Shown: piece after piece, positions 35,596 through 44,107 of the stretch
How the letters are laid out: each line of letters starts with the position of its first letter
How positions within the stretch are numbered: position 1 is the first letter of the stretch
Source of the DNA: an uncultured Oscillospiraceae bacterium
Lineage (GTDB): Bacteria; Bacillota; Clostridia; Oscillospirales; Ruminococcaceae
DNA length: 64,000 bases
Reading direction: 5' to 3'
NCBI GenBank assembly: GCA_964369445.1
Contig: CAYJFU010000001.1
Coordinates: 3,409 to 67,408, forward strand
Program-made: the position numbers and the translations under genes
Notes under the pieces: model-generated
The model's input: the letters and a program-made list of their open reading frames with translations, nothing else
The model's database searches: none
Told to the model about the DNA's origin: nothing

Positions 35596-36899
35596 TGAGC
35601 GTTAATATTGTCGGCGCAGGTCTTGCCGGTTGCGAGGCCGCGCTTTATCTTGCAAAACAAGGAATAAAGGTAAATCTTTACGAGCAAAAAACAATACATC
35701 GCTCCGCCGCGCACAGCACCGACCTGCCGGCGGAACTTGTCTGCTCCAACTCTTTCGGTGCTTTTCGTGAAAACAGCGCAAGCGGACTGCTCAAAAAGGA
35801 GATAACGCTTTTGGGTGGCAGTCTGTTTGACATCGCCCACAGTGTCAGCGTTCCGGCAGGCGGTGCGCTTGCGGTACAGCGCGACGATTTTTCCGCCGCT
35901 GTCAATTCGGCACTGCAACAACAGCCGAACATACTGCTTATCCGTGAGCGCGTCGACAACATTGAGGACATTGCAAACAGCGGTTTGACGATGGTCGCCA
36001 CCGGCCCCATGACCGACGGCGCTTTCGCGGACTCGCTGTTTGAACTTATTGGAGGCAACCTGTCCTACTACGATGCGGCGGCACCTATCGTGACGGCGGA
36101 CAGCCTTGATAAACAGCACTGTTTCAGTGCATCGCGGTACGGGCGCGGCACCGACGACTACATCAACTGCCCTATGACGCGCGAGCAATATTACGATTTT
36201 GTGCAGGCTTTGCTGGATGCCGAGCGCGCGCTTGTGCACGACTTTGACAAGGTCTACGAGGGCTGTATGCCGGTGGAGGTGCTTGCCTCACGCGGTGTGG
36301 ACAGCCTGCGTTTCGGCCCACTTAAACCGGTGGGACTAATCGACCCCTCGACCGACAAGCGTCCATTTGCCAACCTACAACTGCGTAAGGAGGACACGGG
36401 CGGACGGCTTTTGAACCTTGTGGGTTTTCAGACAAACCTCAAGTTTGGCGAACAGCGCCGAGTGTTCGGCATGATACCGGCGCTTAGCGGTGCGGAATAC
36501 GTGCGGTATGGTGTCATGCACCGCAACAGTTTTATAAATTCACCGCAGGTGCTAAACGCTGATCTGTCACTAAAAAGCCATCCCGACATTATACTTTGCG
36601 GCGGCATAACCGGCTTTGAGGGTTACAGCGAGTCGGTGGCGTGCGGTTTGCTTGCGGCGCGCTTTGTGCACGCACGGCTAAACGGCAAGCCGATAACACA
36701 CCCGCCGTTTGAAACGATGTGCGGTGGACTGTTGCGCCACATATTGACCGAGAGCAAAGACTTTCAGCCACAGGGTGCGGCTATGGGTTTACTGCCACCG
36801 CTACCCGAGCGCATCAAAGACAAACAGTTGCGCTACTCAGCGGTTGCAAATCGTGCACTGGAGGCACTTCGTCTGTATATCAATGCCGGTGCCGAATAA
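35592..36899 (+). CDS. trmFO: Methylenetetrahydrofolate-tRNA-(uracil54-C5)-methyltransferase TrmFO
   Basis: 435 aa with a VNIVGAGLAGCEAA FAD motif and GFQTNLKFGEQ. Its start overlaps the hisF stop (ATGA). Confidence 0.9.
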   Translation: MMSVNIVGAGLAGCEAALYLAKQGIKVNLYEQKTIHRSAAHSTDLPAELVCSNSFGAFRENSASGLLKKEITLLGGSLFDIAHSVSVPAGGALAVQRDDFSAAVNSALQQQPNILLIRERVDNIEDIANSGLTMVATGPMTDGAFADSLFELIGGNLSYYDAAAPIVTADSLDKQHCFSASRYGRGTDDYINCPMTREQYYDFVQALLDAERALVHDFDKVYEGCMPVEVLASRGVDSLRFGPLKPVGLIDPSTDKRPFANLQLRKEDTGGRLLNLVGFQTNLKFGEQRRVFGMIPALSGAEYVRYGVMHRNSFINSPQVLNADLSLKSHPDIILCGGITGFEGYSESVACGLLAARFVHARLNGKPITHPPFETMCGGLLRHILTESKDFQPQGAAMGLLPPLPERIKDKQLRYSAVANRALEALRLYINAGAE

Positions 36900-36923
36900 A
36901 AGTCAACATTTTAAAGGAAATAC

Positions 36924-36970
36924 TCCCGATTACCTACCCCCCGCCGATGGCGGATGGTAGGTAATCGGGA
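36924..36970. terminator. Family B hairpin (B12) downstream of trmFO
   Basis: tcccgattacctacc-ccccgccgatggcgg-atggtaggtaatcggga. Confidence 0.6.
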
Positions 36971-37039
36971 AAAATAATAGTACGCAATAGGAAGTTAATT
37001 CAGTAGCAACCTGCATTTCTTATCCGCACCCGGAATAAA

Positions 37040-37191
37040 GGCTTTGTTAATTTATAGTCAATTAACTTGAAATCCAATTATCACCCGTTCATTCCTCCCC
37101 ACCTTCGGCGGGGAGGAATGAACGGAAAGAAAAACGCTTGTGGTTTCGGGTTTACTGTGATATTTCAAACATTTTAACCTAACAGTGCCGG
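37040..37191 (-). repeat. Composite repeat, family C (copy C3, inverted), containing hairpin 37085-37125
   Basis: The reverse complement reads ccggcactgttaggttaaaatgtttgaaatatcacagtaaacccgaaaccacaagcg...ccgttcattcctccccgccgaaggtggggaggaatgaacgg...aattaacaaagcc. It also carries a family-A-like TIR (tagtcaattaacttgaaa) at 37053-37070. Confidence 0.65.
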
Positions 37192-37213
37192 AATAAATAC
37201 AAGGAGAAAGTCT

Positions 37214-37834
37214 ATGACCTGTTACATTGTAGCGGCTATGCCGACATGCGTTGAAATAGCGCCGCAAGAGGACGACTTTGTCATTGCTGTCGATGGCGGT
37301 TTTGCACAGCTTAAAGGGTTGCGCGCCGATGCTGTACTCGGTGACTTTGACTCGCTCGGCTACACACCGCACGGCGACAACGTGCTGACCTACGCCAAAG
37401 AAAAGGACGACACCGACACCATGCTGGCGGTAAAACTCGGCATGGAAAAAGGGTATCGTCACTTTGTCATTGTTGGGGGTATCGGTGGCAGATTTTGCCA
37501 CACCTTCGCAAACATCCAAACGCTCGCCTATATAGTTGAGCGTGGCGGCAGTGCCACACTTGTCGGTGACGACACACGCATGACGGTAATAAAAAACGAC
37601 ACCCTGCACCTGCCGCAAAAGGCAGAGGGCATCGTGTCGGTGTTCGCCTACAGCGGTGCGGCGCAAGGGGTGAGCATCAACGGTCTCAAATACGAGGTGC
37701 AAAACGCACAGCTGGTGCCCGACCTACCGCTCGGTGTCAGCAACGAGTTTTGCGGAAAACCTGCGGTTATCGAGGTTAAACACGGGATGTTGCTTATAGT
37801 AGTCAGTTTTGCTCCGCAAGATAATCAAGGCTAA
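37214..37834 (+). CDS. thiN: Thiamine diphosphokinase
   Basis: 206 aa with the GDFDSLG motif, KDDTD and a C-terminal TPK B1-binding domain. Confidence 0.8.
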   Translation: MTCYIVAAMPTCVEIAPQEDDFVIAVDGGFAQLKGLRADAVLGDFDSLGYTPHGDNVLTYAKEKDDTDTMLAVKLGMEKGYRHFVIVGGIGGRFCHTFANIQTLAYIVERGGSATLVGDDTRMTVIKNDTLHLPQKAEGIVSVFAYSGAAQGVSINGLKYEVQNAQLVPDLPLGVSNEFCGKPAVIEVKHGMLLIVVSFAPQDNQG

Positions 37835-38000
37835 CGTTGTGATACCGTGCAATGAGCACAGCGATGTTCAAAGGGATCTCACGCTCACCGCTCTCATAGC
37901 GGACATATGTCGTTTTGTGCATGTGCAACAGTGCCGACATCTCCGCCTGTGACAGGTCTGCATCCTCTCTTAAATCGCGTATACGCGGATAGCAACCCAA
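37803..38000 (-). CDS. XRE-family HTH regulator (TTG start), paralog of 12403-12609
   Basis: 65 aa with IRDLREDADLSQAEMSALLHMHKTTYVRYESGEREIP. RBS gaggtg. The 3' end overlaps thiN by 32 nt (convergent). Confidence 0.7.
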   Translation of the reverse strand: MGCYPRIRDLREDADLSQAEMSALLHMHKTTYVRYESGEREIPLNIAVLIARYHNVSLDYLAEQN

Positions 38001-38026
38001 AATTCACCTCTTTTTTATTGACATTG

Positions 38027-38042
38027 TACACCGTGTGGTGTA
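38027..38042. promoter_or_regulatory. Inverted repeat upstream of the XRE gene (candidate operator)
   Basis: TACACC-gtgt-GGTGTA overlaps a TACAAT -10-like hexamer on the minus strand. Confidence 0.4.
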
Positions 38043-38246
38043 TTAAAAATAGGTGACTTATGATAAAATGTGAAAGTGACTAATGCCTGTATTACAAAGA
38101 TGAACATTGTGTATTTGATGAAATCAAAATAAATTACATAGGTATGTGTGACAGCTATATCTTTCCCAATATCCCCGACGAAGACATGGTATATTACAAG
38201 ACATTGACCTTTGAGCGGTGGGCAAAGGACTGTCCTTAAACCATTA

Positions 38247-39350
38247 TCACCACCCAACAAGCAACAACTCCGCCAGTGCCTGTGCGGCATATTTCCCTGC
38301 CCTTAGCGCTTCGTCCAGCGTATTGGCGTGACCGCCAACCTCCAGTAACAGTGCGCCGGTGGACAGCTGTTGGTTATAATTGCGATAGTCAAACAGTATA
38401 GGGCGCGTGAAAGTCGGGTACATTGACTCCATCGCCGTCTGATATGCCGATGCAAATGCCAAATTTTGCAGATAGTTCGGCATACCCATCGTACCGTCGT
38501 CAGCACCTGAAATGAGCATGACCTGCGCTGTCTTTTCGCCGTTTATAAGGGTGACCGGTTTTAGTCTTGTGCCGTCACTCTGTTGCAGTGCATCGCGGTG
38601 CACATCCAGCACCACCTTTATTGATGGGTACTGCGCAAGGTACTGTTGCACAGTCATCGCCGAGGCATCGTAACTGCCATTATAGGAAAACTCGTCATGC
38701 AGTGTAGTGTCGTGTATCGTGTTGATTCCGGCGCTGTTGAGCACTTCCGTCATAACAGCACCGACCGCGACAATGTTTTGTGTTTTATCGGCGCTACGAC
38801 TACCCACGGCAGGGTCATAGTAGCCTAAATCCTCTGGGTCATAGCTCTCGGTGCCGTGGGTGTGGTATATCAGCACCTGCGGCTCATCAGAATACGGTTC
38901 AACAAAAAACGACGGCTGCTGTGCTGCCGCCTCGGCAACGCCACTGTTTGGCACCGAAGTCAAGTTCCATATGTATCCGGCAGAAAGACCTATCGTTCGG
39001 TTATCCATCGATGCTGTCATCGTTAGCTGTTCTATCGGCCCCATTCCGACCGGAGGTGTAACCTGAAAGTCCGTTGAAAGTACCGCCTGTGTGTGCGCCG
39101 GTGTCTGTTCGGTGGCTGCTGGCGACTGTGATGTGTCAATGGATGGTATAGCTTGCCAAAAGCCTCTGTTATCCGCCTGCACCGACGGTGTGCTTTCCAA
39201 AACAGATTGTTCTATATATGATGTGCCCTCCACCGGTGTAAAAAGCAGTGATGTGAGGTTTGCAATGCCGGCCAATATAAATAGCAGCGCACAAGGCAGC
39301 ACCGCACCGTGCAACAACCTTTTGCGTCGCAAACTTTTTTTAAGACACAT
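38247..39350 (-). CDS. spoIIP: Stage II sporulation protein P
   Basis: 367 aa with an N-terminal membrane anchor and IYHTHGTESY...DVHRDAL, the SpoIIP amidase-like core. Confidence 0.8.
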   Translation of the reverse strand: MCLKKSLRRKRLLHGAVLPCALLFILAGIANLTSLLFTPVEGTSYIEQSVLESTPSVQADNRGFWQAIPSIDTSQSPAATEQTPAHTQAVLSTDFQVTPPVGMGPIEQLTMTASMDNRTIGLSAGYIWNLTSVPNSGVAEAAAQQPSFFVEPYSDEPQVLIYHTHGTESYDPEDLGYYDPAVGSRSADKTQNIVAVGAVMTEVLNSAGINTIHDTTLHDEFSYNGSYDASAMTVQQYLAQYPSIKVVLDVHRDALQQSDGTRLKPVTLINGEKTAQVMLISGADDGTMGMPNYLQNLAFASAYQTAMESMYPTFTRPILFDYRNYNQQLSTGALLLEVGGHANTLDEALRAGKYAAQALAELLLVGW

Positions 39351-39382
39351 GCTTTAAACCTCCTTCTATTAGTTTTGTCACT

Positions 39383-39551
39383 GTTATTGCTCCGCCAATT
39401 AAACAGTGGATAAGATTGGCGAGTGATTTTGCCTGTAGTGCAAGGAAAAGGTTCTTTTTAATGCTTTGTGCATTAAAAATGGTTCTTTGACGCCGCAATA
39501 CGGGTAAAATCGCCGTCAAGATTGTCCGCAGTTTAGTTGGTGGAGCAATAA
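39383..39551 (+). repeat. Palindromic element related to family A (A7) with different outer TIRs
   Basis: The arms are TTATTGCTCCGCCAATTAAACAG...gattggcgagtgattttgcctgtagtgc...central hairpin aatgctttgtgcatt...ctttgacgccgcaatacgggtaaaatcgccgtcaag...CAGTTTAGTTGGTGGAGCAATAA. Confidence 0.6.
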
Positions 39552-39690
39552 GTTAAAGTGAATGAAATATCACAGTAACCCCGAAAACACAAGTGTTTTT
39601 CTTTTCGTTCATTCCTCCCCGCCGAAGGCGGGGAGGAATGAACGGGTGATAAATATTTTTCCTTATTAAATTAACAAAGCCTTCGTTTTA
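39552..39690 (+). repeat. Composite repeat, family C (copy C4), containing hairpin 39606-39644
   Basis: gttaaagtgaatgaaatatcacagtaaccccgaaaacacaagtg...cgttcattcctccccgccgaaggcggggaggaatgaacg...atatttttccttattaaattaacaaagcc. It lies in the divergent spoIIP/HD promoter region. Confidence 0.65.
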
Positions 39691-39714
39691 GTACCGCTAC
39701 GTTACTGTGGTCGT

Positions 39715-39756
39715 TTTGGATGGCTTCCCCTGTCCACGGCGGGGAAACCATCCAAA
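39715..39756. repeat. Family B hairpin (B15)
   Basis: tttggatggcttcccc-tgtccacggc-ggggaaaccatccaaa followed by cacatcaaca. Its position between divergent genes is not terminator-like. Confidence 0.6.
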
Positions 39757-39995
39757 CACATCAACATACACAAATGCGCCACAAATACTTTATATTGATA
39801 AATATATTAAGACATCCTCAGGTTTATGCAAAAACTTGCTTAAAAATAACAATTTAAGTTAGTTACGTAAAACTTTCACACTTTTTTCACTTATCGTGCT
39901 ATCTTTTTAAGTTTGCTTGTGTTACTATTGTCGCATAGGGCTGTCACACTAACATTTTTTGTATTTTGATTTGAATTTACTATTTTACGACCCTA

Positions 39996-40526
39996 ATGCA
40001 AGACTTATCAAAAGGTAAATTTTATATGAGCGTTTTTGAGATGGAATTTTTCGAGCATATTTCCGACCTTGTCGACAACCCCGATGTGCTACATATGAGA
40101 AACGTACCGCACCACTCCGACGATGCCAGTTGTTATGACCACAGTCTTTATGTATCTTACGTTAGCTTTGTTTTATGCAAGCGTTTAAAGTTAAACGCGC
40201 GTGCCGCCGCAAGGGGTGGTCTGTTGCACGACCTGCACCTTAATGAATTTAAAGATGGGCGCCTTAAGCTTTGGAAGCGTTTTTTATGGCTGTCGCAACA
40301 CCCGAAACTAGCTCTAAAAAATGCAGTAGACCGCTTTGACCTCACAAAATGTGAGCAGGACATCATTCGCAAGCACATGTGGCCGATAAGCATATTGAGC
40401 ACACCTCGCTACGTGGAAAGCCTCATCGTCAACGCCGTTGATACCTACTGCGCCGCCGTTGAGTTTTTGGGTCTTTATCATCGCACAAAGGCAAGAAGAG
40501 TTATCGATCCGCTTTTGGTGGTTTAA
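39996..40526 (+). CDS. HD-domain phosphohydrolase (alternative start 40026)
   Basis: 176 aa with HHSDDASCYDHSLYVS...LLHDL, an HD-superfamily His...HD...D pattern. Confidence 0.7.
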   Translation: MQDLSKGKFYMSVFEMEFFEHISDLVDNPDVLHMRNVPHHSDDASCYDHSLYVSYVSFVLCKRLKLNARAAARGGLLHDLHLNEFKDGRLKLWKRFLWLSQHPKLALKNAVDRFDLTKCEQDIIRKHMWPISILSTPRYVESLIVNAVDTYCAAVEFLGLYHRTKARRVIDPLLVV

Positions 40527-40536
40527 AAAACAGCAC

Positions 40537-40581
40537 AAAACAGGGATATACCAAGCATTTTGCAAGGTATATCCCTGTTTT
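40537..40581 (+). terminator. Rho-independent terminator
   Basis: aaaacagggatatacc-aagcattttgcaa-ggtatatccctgtttt. Confidence 0.75.
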
Positions 40582-40807
40582 TGCGTCCATAGATAGCTAC
40601 GGTTGTTAGCAAATTAAGCAAACCGAAATATCGCCCTAAAATGTCAACTATCTAGGGTACGTTGACGCCATTTAAATAGTGCAGATTTTAGGTAAATTTT
40701 TGACCGGTAAATTAAAAAAATTATACTTCTTTGTGCGCTGTAAGTTTATGTAGCGAATGCTGGCAGAAAATTGCCAAAAGATGTGCTTTGAACAGTAATC
40801 AAACGCA

Positions 40808-42220
40808 CTATCTATCACCGTAACATTTTATATCGACCGAGTTGCGCACTACCTCTTTAAAGTCGGAATACGCTATTTCCTTGTGTGCGTGCAGTTGCAA
40901 CAAAATGTTACCGATAGCTGTTGCGTCCGCCGGACCTGCCATAACCGGCAGGTTGCACAAGTCACTGATAAGCTGACACATAAAGGCATCTTTGCAACCT
41001 CCGCCGATAACGTTTATCGCGGTTATCGTTTTTCCGGTGAGGGTTTGCAACGACTGTACCGCCTGCTTGTATTTGTGCGCTAAACTTTCATAAACACACC
41101 TAAAAAGTGCGGCATGTGTCGACGGTGCCTTTGCGTAGGTCGCAAGACATGCCGCGTTTATCTTCGCGTGCATATCACCCGGTGCAAAAAATTCGTAACT
41201 GTCAACGTCGATGACAAATCCCTCGGACGGTGCGCTCTGCGCCATCTGCTCGATGAGTGCAAAATCGTATTCAACACCGTTTCGCTTTAGGTCACGCACA
41301 AGCTCCTGCAATATCCAAAGACCCATGACGTTTTTCAGTATACGGTAGTAACCGTCATGACCACCCTCATGTGCTATGTTTTGTTCATAGGCATAGTCGT
41401 TTATGTAGGTCTCACGCGACAGCAATCCGACAAGCGACCACGTTCCACTACTTATTATAACAGTGTCTTCATCCGCAACCGACGCGGCAAACGCACTTGC
41501 GGTATCGTGTTCACATACGCTGACAACCTCCATCGGCGAACAACCTACATCGTGGCAAAACTGTGAGGTCATACTTCCGGAAATGGTGCCCGGGCGTACC
41601 GTCTCGCCAAATAGCCCTGCGTCCAACCCGAGCACGCCGGCTATGCGTGTCGACAGTGTGTGCTCGCCTATATTATAAAGCTGGCTTACCGAGGACACGG
41701 TGTACTCGTTGACGACATTGCCGGTTAGATAATATGTCAGCAGGTCCGGCAAAAACATCATTTTATAAGCTTTCTTGTAGATGTAGTCCTGCTCGGCGGC
41801 TTTCATCGCGGCAAGTTGCATGTACGTGTTAAACAGCGCGTACTGGTTGCCGGTAATCGTGTGGAGGTCTTTGGGTGCTATCCAAGCGTTTATCTGCTTT
41901 TCGTAACGTTTTGTGCGCAGGTCACGGTAACACCGCACCGGTGACAGCAATTCTCCCTGCTTGTTTATAAAAGAGAAGTCGTTGCAAAAAGAATCCATGC
42001 CGATGGATACAATCGGCTCACTTGTAGCTTTCAGCGCCTTTTGCACGCCTGTTTTCAAGTTGTCAAATATCCCTAAAAAGTTCCAATAAAGTCCGCCTTG
42101 CAGTTCTATAGGGTAGTTTTGAAATTTGTGAATAGTTTTGATGTCGAGTTTATCGCCATTAAAGCTACACAAGAACATCTTGCCGCCACTACCACCAAGG
42201 TCAAAAGCAACAACATTCAT
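40808..42220 (-). CDS. FGGY-family sugar kinase (rhamnulokinase-like)
   Basis: 470 aa with VAFDLGGSGGK (phosphate-1), SSGTWSL and VIGGGCKD motifs. Confidence 0.8.
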   Translation of the reverse strand: MNVVAFDLGGSGGKMFLCSFNGDKLDIKTIHKFQNYPIELQGGLYWNFLGIFDNLKTGVQKALKATSEPIVSIGMDSFCNDFSFINKQGELLSPVRCYRDLRTKRYEKQINAWIAPKDLHTITGNQYALFNTYMQLAAMKAAEQDYIYKKAYKMMFLPDLLTYYLTGNVVNEYTVSSVSQLYNIGEHTLSTRIAGVLGLDAGLFGETVRPGTISGSMTSQFCHDVGCSPMEVVSVCEHDTASAFAASVADEDTVIISSGTWSLVGLLSRETYINDYAYEQNIAHEGGHDGYYRILKNVMGLWILQELVRDLKRNGVEYDFALIEQMAQSAPSEGFVIDVDSYEFFAPGDMHAKINAACLATYAKAPSTHAALFRCVYESLAHKYKQAVQSLQTLTGKTITAINVIGGGCKDAFMCQLISDLCNLPVMAGPADATAIGNILLQLHAHKEIAYSDFKEVVRNSVDIKCYGDR

Positions 42221-42271
42221 AAAATTATTCCTCTCGCTGTCAATACACCCCTAAATAAGGCATATCTATAA

Positions 42272-42297
42272 AACACCCTGCCGTCCGGCGAAGTGTT
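42272..42297 (-). terminator. Possible terminator hairpin after the DeoR gene
   Basis: The minus strand reads aacacttcgcc-ggac-ggcagggtgtt followed by ttata. It has a GC-rich apex like family B. Confidence 0.4.
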
Positions 42298-42339
42298 CTT
42301 CTTTTTGTGTTACAGTTAATTTATTTTATTTACAGTTAT

Positions 42340-43131
42340 CTATCTTGCCGGTGCCACCACAACCTTTATTTCGGTATCTTTCAAAAAGTCAAGGCTTGCA
42401 ACCTCGGCGCTTGAATCGGTTATGATGTAATCCACCGCACTAAATTCCGACAAAAATATCGGACTTGTTTTGTTGAATTTTGTGTTGTCCGCAAGTATAA
42501 AAGTTTCTTGCGAACGCTCTATCATCGTTCGCTTTACTTCAAGCGACTGCAAGCTGGCATCTGCGAGCTTGTTGTGTTTACTTATGCCGGCACAGGATAA
42601 AAAAGCCTTGTTGGGGAAATACTGCTCGGCGTTTGCGATGGTTGTAGTACCGTTTACAGACAGATTTTTGCTGTGCAATATTCCTCCAAGGCAAATTATC
42701 GTGTGTTTTTGGTTGAAATTCTTAGAGGCCTCCAACATAAACTGTATTGAGTTTGTGAGAATATTGACGTGAATATCAGGATCGATAAATCTGCTGAGAT
42801 AAACGGTGGTCGAGCTGTTATCGACATAAATGGTATCTTCATCTTTAATATAGGAGGCGGCTTTTCGACAAATTTCAAGCTTTTGTTGGAGTTGTTGCCT
42901 GCCGCGCACTGAGATAGGATACTCCGTCGGCTCTTGAGTTGCGGTAGGGTTAGCTACCGGCACTGCACCGCCATAGGTACGCTCAAGCGAGCCTTTTATC
43001 TCAAGCTCTCTTAAATCGCGTCGAATCGTCTCTTTGGAGGTGTTGAACTTTTGCGCCAACTCGTTGACTTCAACGCTTCCCTCACCGTCCAAAATATTTA
43101 TAATGGCCGCTTTTCTTTCTATACTAAACAT
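42340..43131 (-). CDS. DeoR/GlpR-family transcriptional repressor
   Basis: 263 aa with an N-terminal wHTH (VNELAQKFNTSKETIRRDLRELE) and a C-terminal sugar-phosphate sensor domain. Confidence 0.85.
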   Translation of the reverse strand: MFSIERKAAIINILDGEGSVEVNELAQKFNTSKETIRRDLRELEIKGSLERTYGGAVPVANPTATQEPTEYPISVRGRQQLQQKLEICRKAASYIKDEDTIYVDNSSTTVYLSRFIDPDIHVNILTNSIQFMLEASKNFNQKHTIICLGGILHSKNLSVNGTTTIANAEQYFPNKAFLSCAGISKHNKLADASLQSLEVKRTMIERSQETFILADNTKFNKTSPIFLSEFSAVDYIITDSSAEVASLDFLKDTEIKVVVAPAR

Positions 43132-43271
43132 AATAATTCTTTCAAATCATGTTAAACCGATACAGAGTGTGCTGACAATTTTTGTGCAGTGTGGATTTTG
43201 TGCAATATTGCCAATACACCCCGATTATATAGTTCTATTTTACCAATAATTGTCCTATTTGTCAACGCAAC

Positions 43272-43877
43272 CTATATACAGTCCTTGACGGTTGAGCAGT
43301 ACGCGTCACACTCGATGCGCTCTAACATGCTGTACGCTTTGTACAGGTCGGGGCCACTAACTACAACGCCGTGCAAGGTAAGTATGACACCGAGCGGTTT
43401 TTGCTCTGACAGCGGTCGTTGTTCTTCAAAGTAGTTGTAAACGTTAATCGACAGCTCATCGGTGTAGGCCTTGGTGTAGGGTAGGCATTTGACATATCCT
43501 CTTCCGAGTGTTGCTTCCGTTACGTTTGGTATGTCTTTGCCCTGTGCCACAAACGGCATACAGTAAAATGGGTGCGCGTGTATAGTGCAGCCTATTTCCT
43601 TGATATTTTTAAGTATCAGGGCGTGCATGAGACCTTCACGCGACAGCTTGCCTGTGCCCTCTAATATGTTCTGATCGTAATCGATAAGAAGGAAATCATC
43701 CTCTACAAGGTCGCAAAATTTTGTCTCGGACATAAGCGACGGCGAAATAAGTATGCGGTTGTCGTCAACACGTACTGCAAAGTTACCGCCTGCCGCGTTG
43801 GTTAAGCGACGCTCCCAGATAAGTTTTGCCACCTTTACCATCTCGCGGCGCATCTCTACGTAAGATAAGTTGCTCAT
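43272..43877 (-). CDS. Class II aldolase/adducin-family protein (FucA/RhaD-like)
   Basis: 201 aa with GGNFAVR...HAHPFY...TLHGVVV, Zn-His motifs typical of fuculose-1-P aldolase-type enzymes. Confidence 0.8.
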   Translation of the reverse strand: MSNLSYVEMRREMVKVAKLIWERRLTNAAGGNFAVRVDDNRILISPSLMSETKFCDLVEDDFLLIDYDQNILEGTGKLSREGLMHALILKNIKEIGCTIHAHPFYCMPFVAQGKDIPNVTEATLGRGYVKCLPYTKAYTDELSINVYNYFEEQRPLSEQKPLGVILTLHGVVVSGPDLYKAYSMLERIECDAYCSTVKDCI

Positions 43878-43910
43878 TTTTTCTGTTCTCCTTTATATTT
43901 TAATGTAACC

Positions 43911-44058
43911 TCGTGCAAAACACGTGGAACTAATAACTAAGGGTGAATAGTGAATGACTACTTTTAATTTGCAGTGTAGCAAATTCAAGTTCTTTTGCAT
44001 TTAAAGTAAATTATTTTAGTCGGAAACAACTTGAATCTTTCACCGTTAGTCTTTAGCT
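43911..44058 (-). promoter_or_regulatory. 5' leader/promoter block paralogous to 52071-52205
   Basis: Read in gene sense, it shares ordered blocks GCTAAAGAC ... GACTAA ... TAAAAGTAG ... CTATTCACC ... CA(C/T)GTGT(T)TTGCACG(A/T)GG with the region upstream of the OYE-like gene. Confidence 0.45.
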
Positions 44059-44107
44059 GTTAGTCGCAAATGCGTTTTGCACCTGCCTTTTTTGTTTTTT
44101 GATAACT

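Noticed and set aside
37030-37197. 10-bp direct repeat CCGGAATAAA on both sides of repeat C3, considered as a target-site duplication
   Set aside because: The CCGG-containing sequence is also present at the left end of copy C1 (ttttccggtactg), and an inverted version occurs at the right end of C4 (ttttagtaccg). It is therefore more likely part of the element's own terminal inverted repeat than a duplication of the target.
38015-38290. 91-aa minus-strand ORF downstream of spoIIP
   Set aside because: It overlaps the spoIIP 3' end out of frame and runs through AT-rich promoter DNA of the XRE gene. It has no RBS and no motifs.
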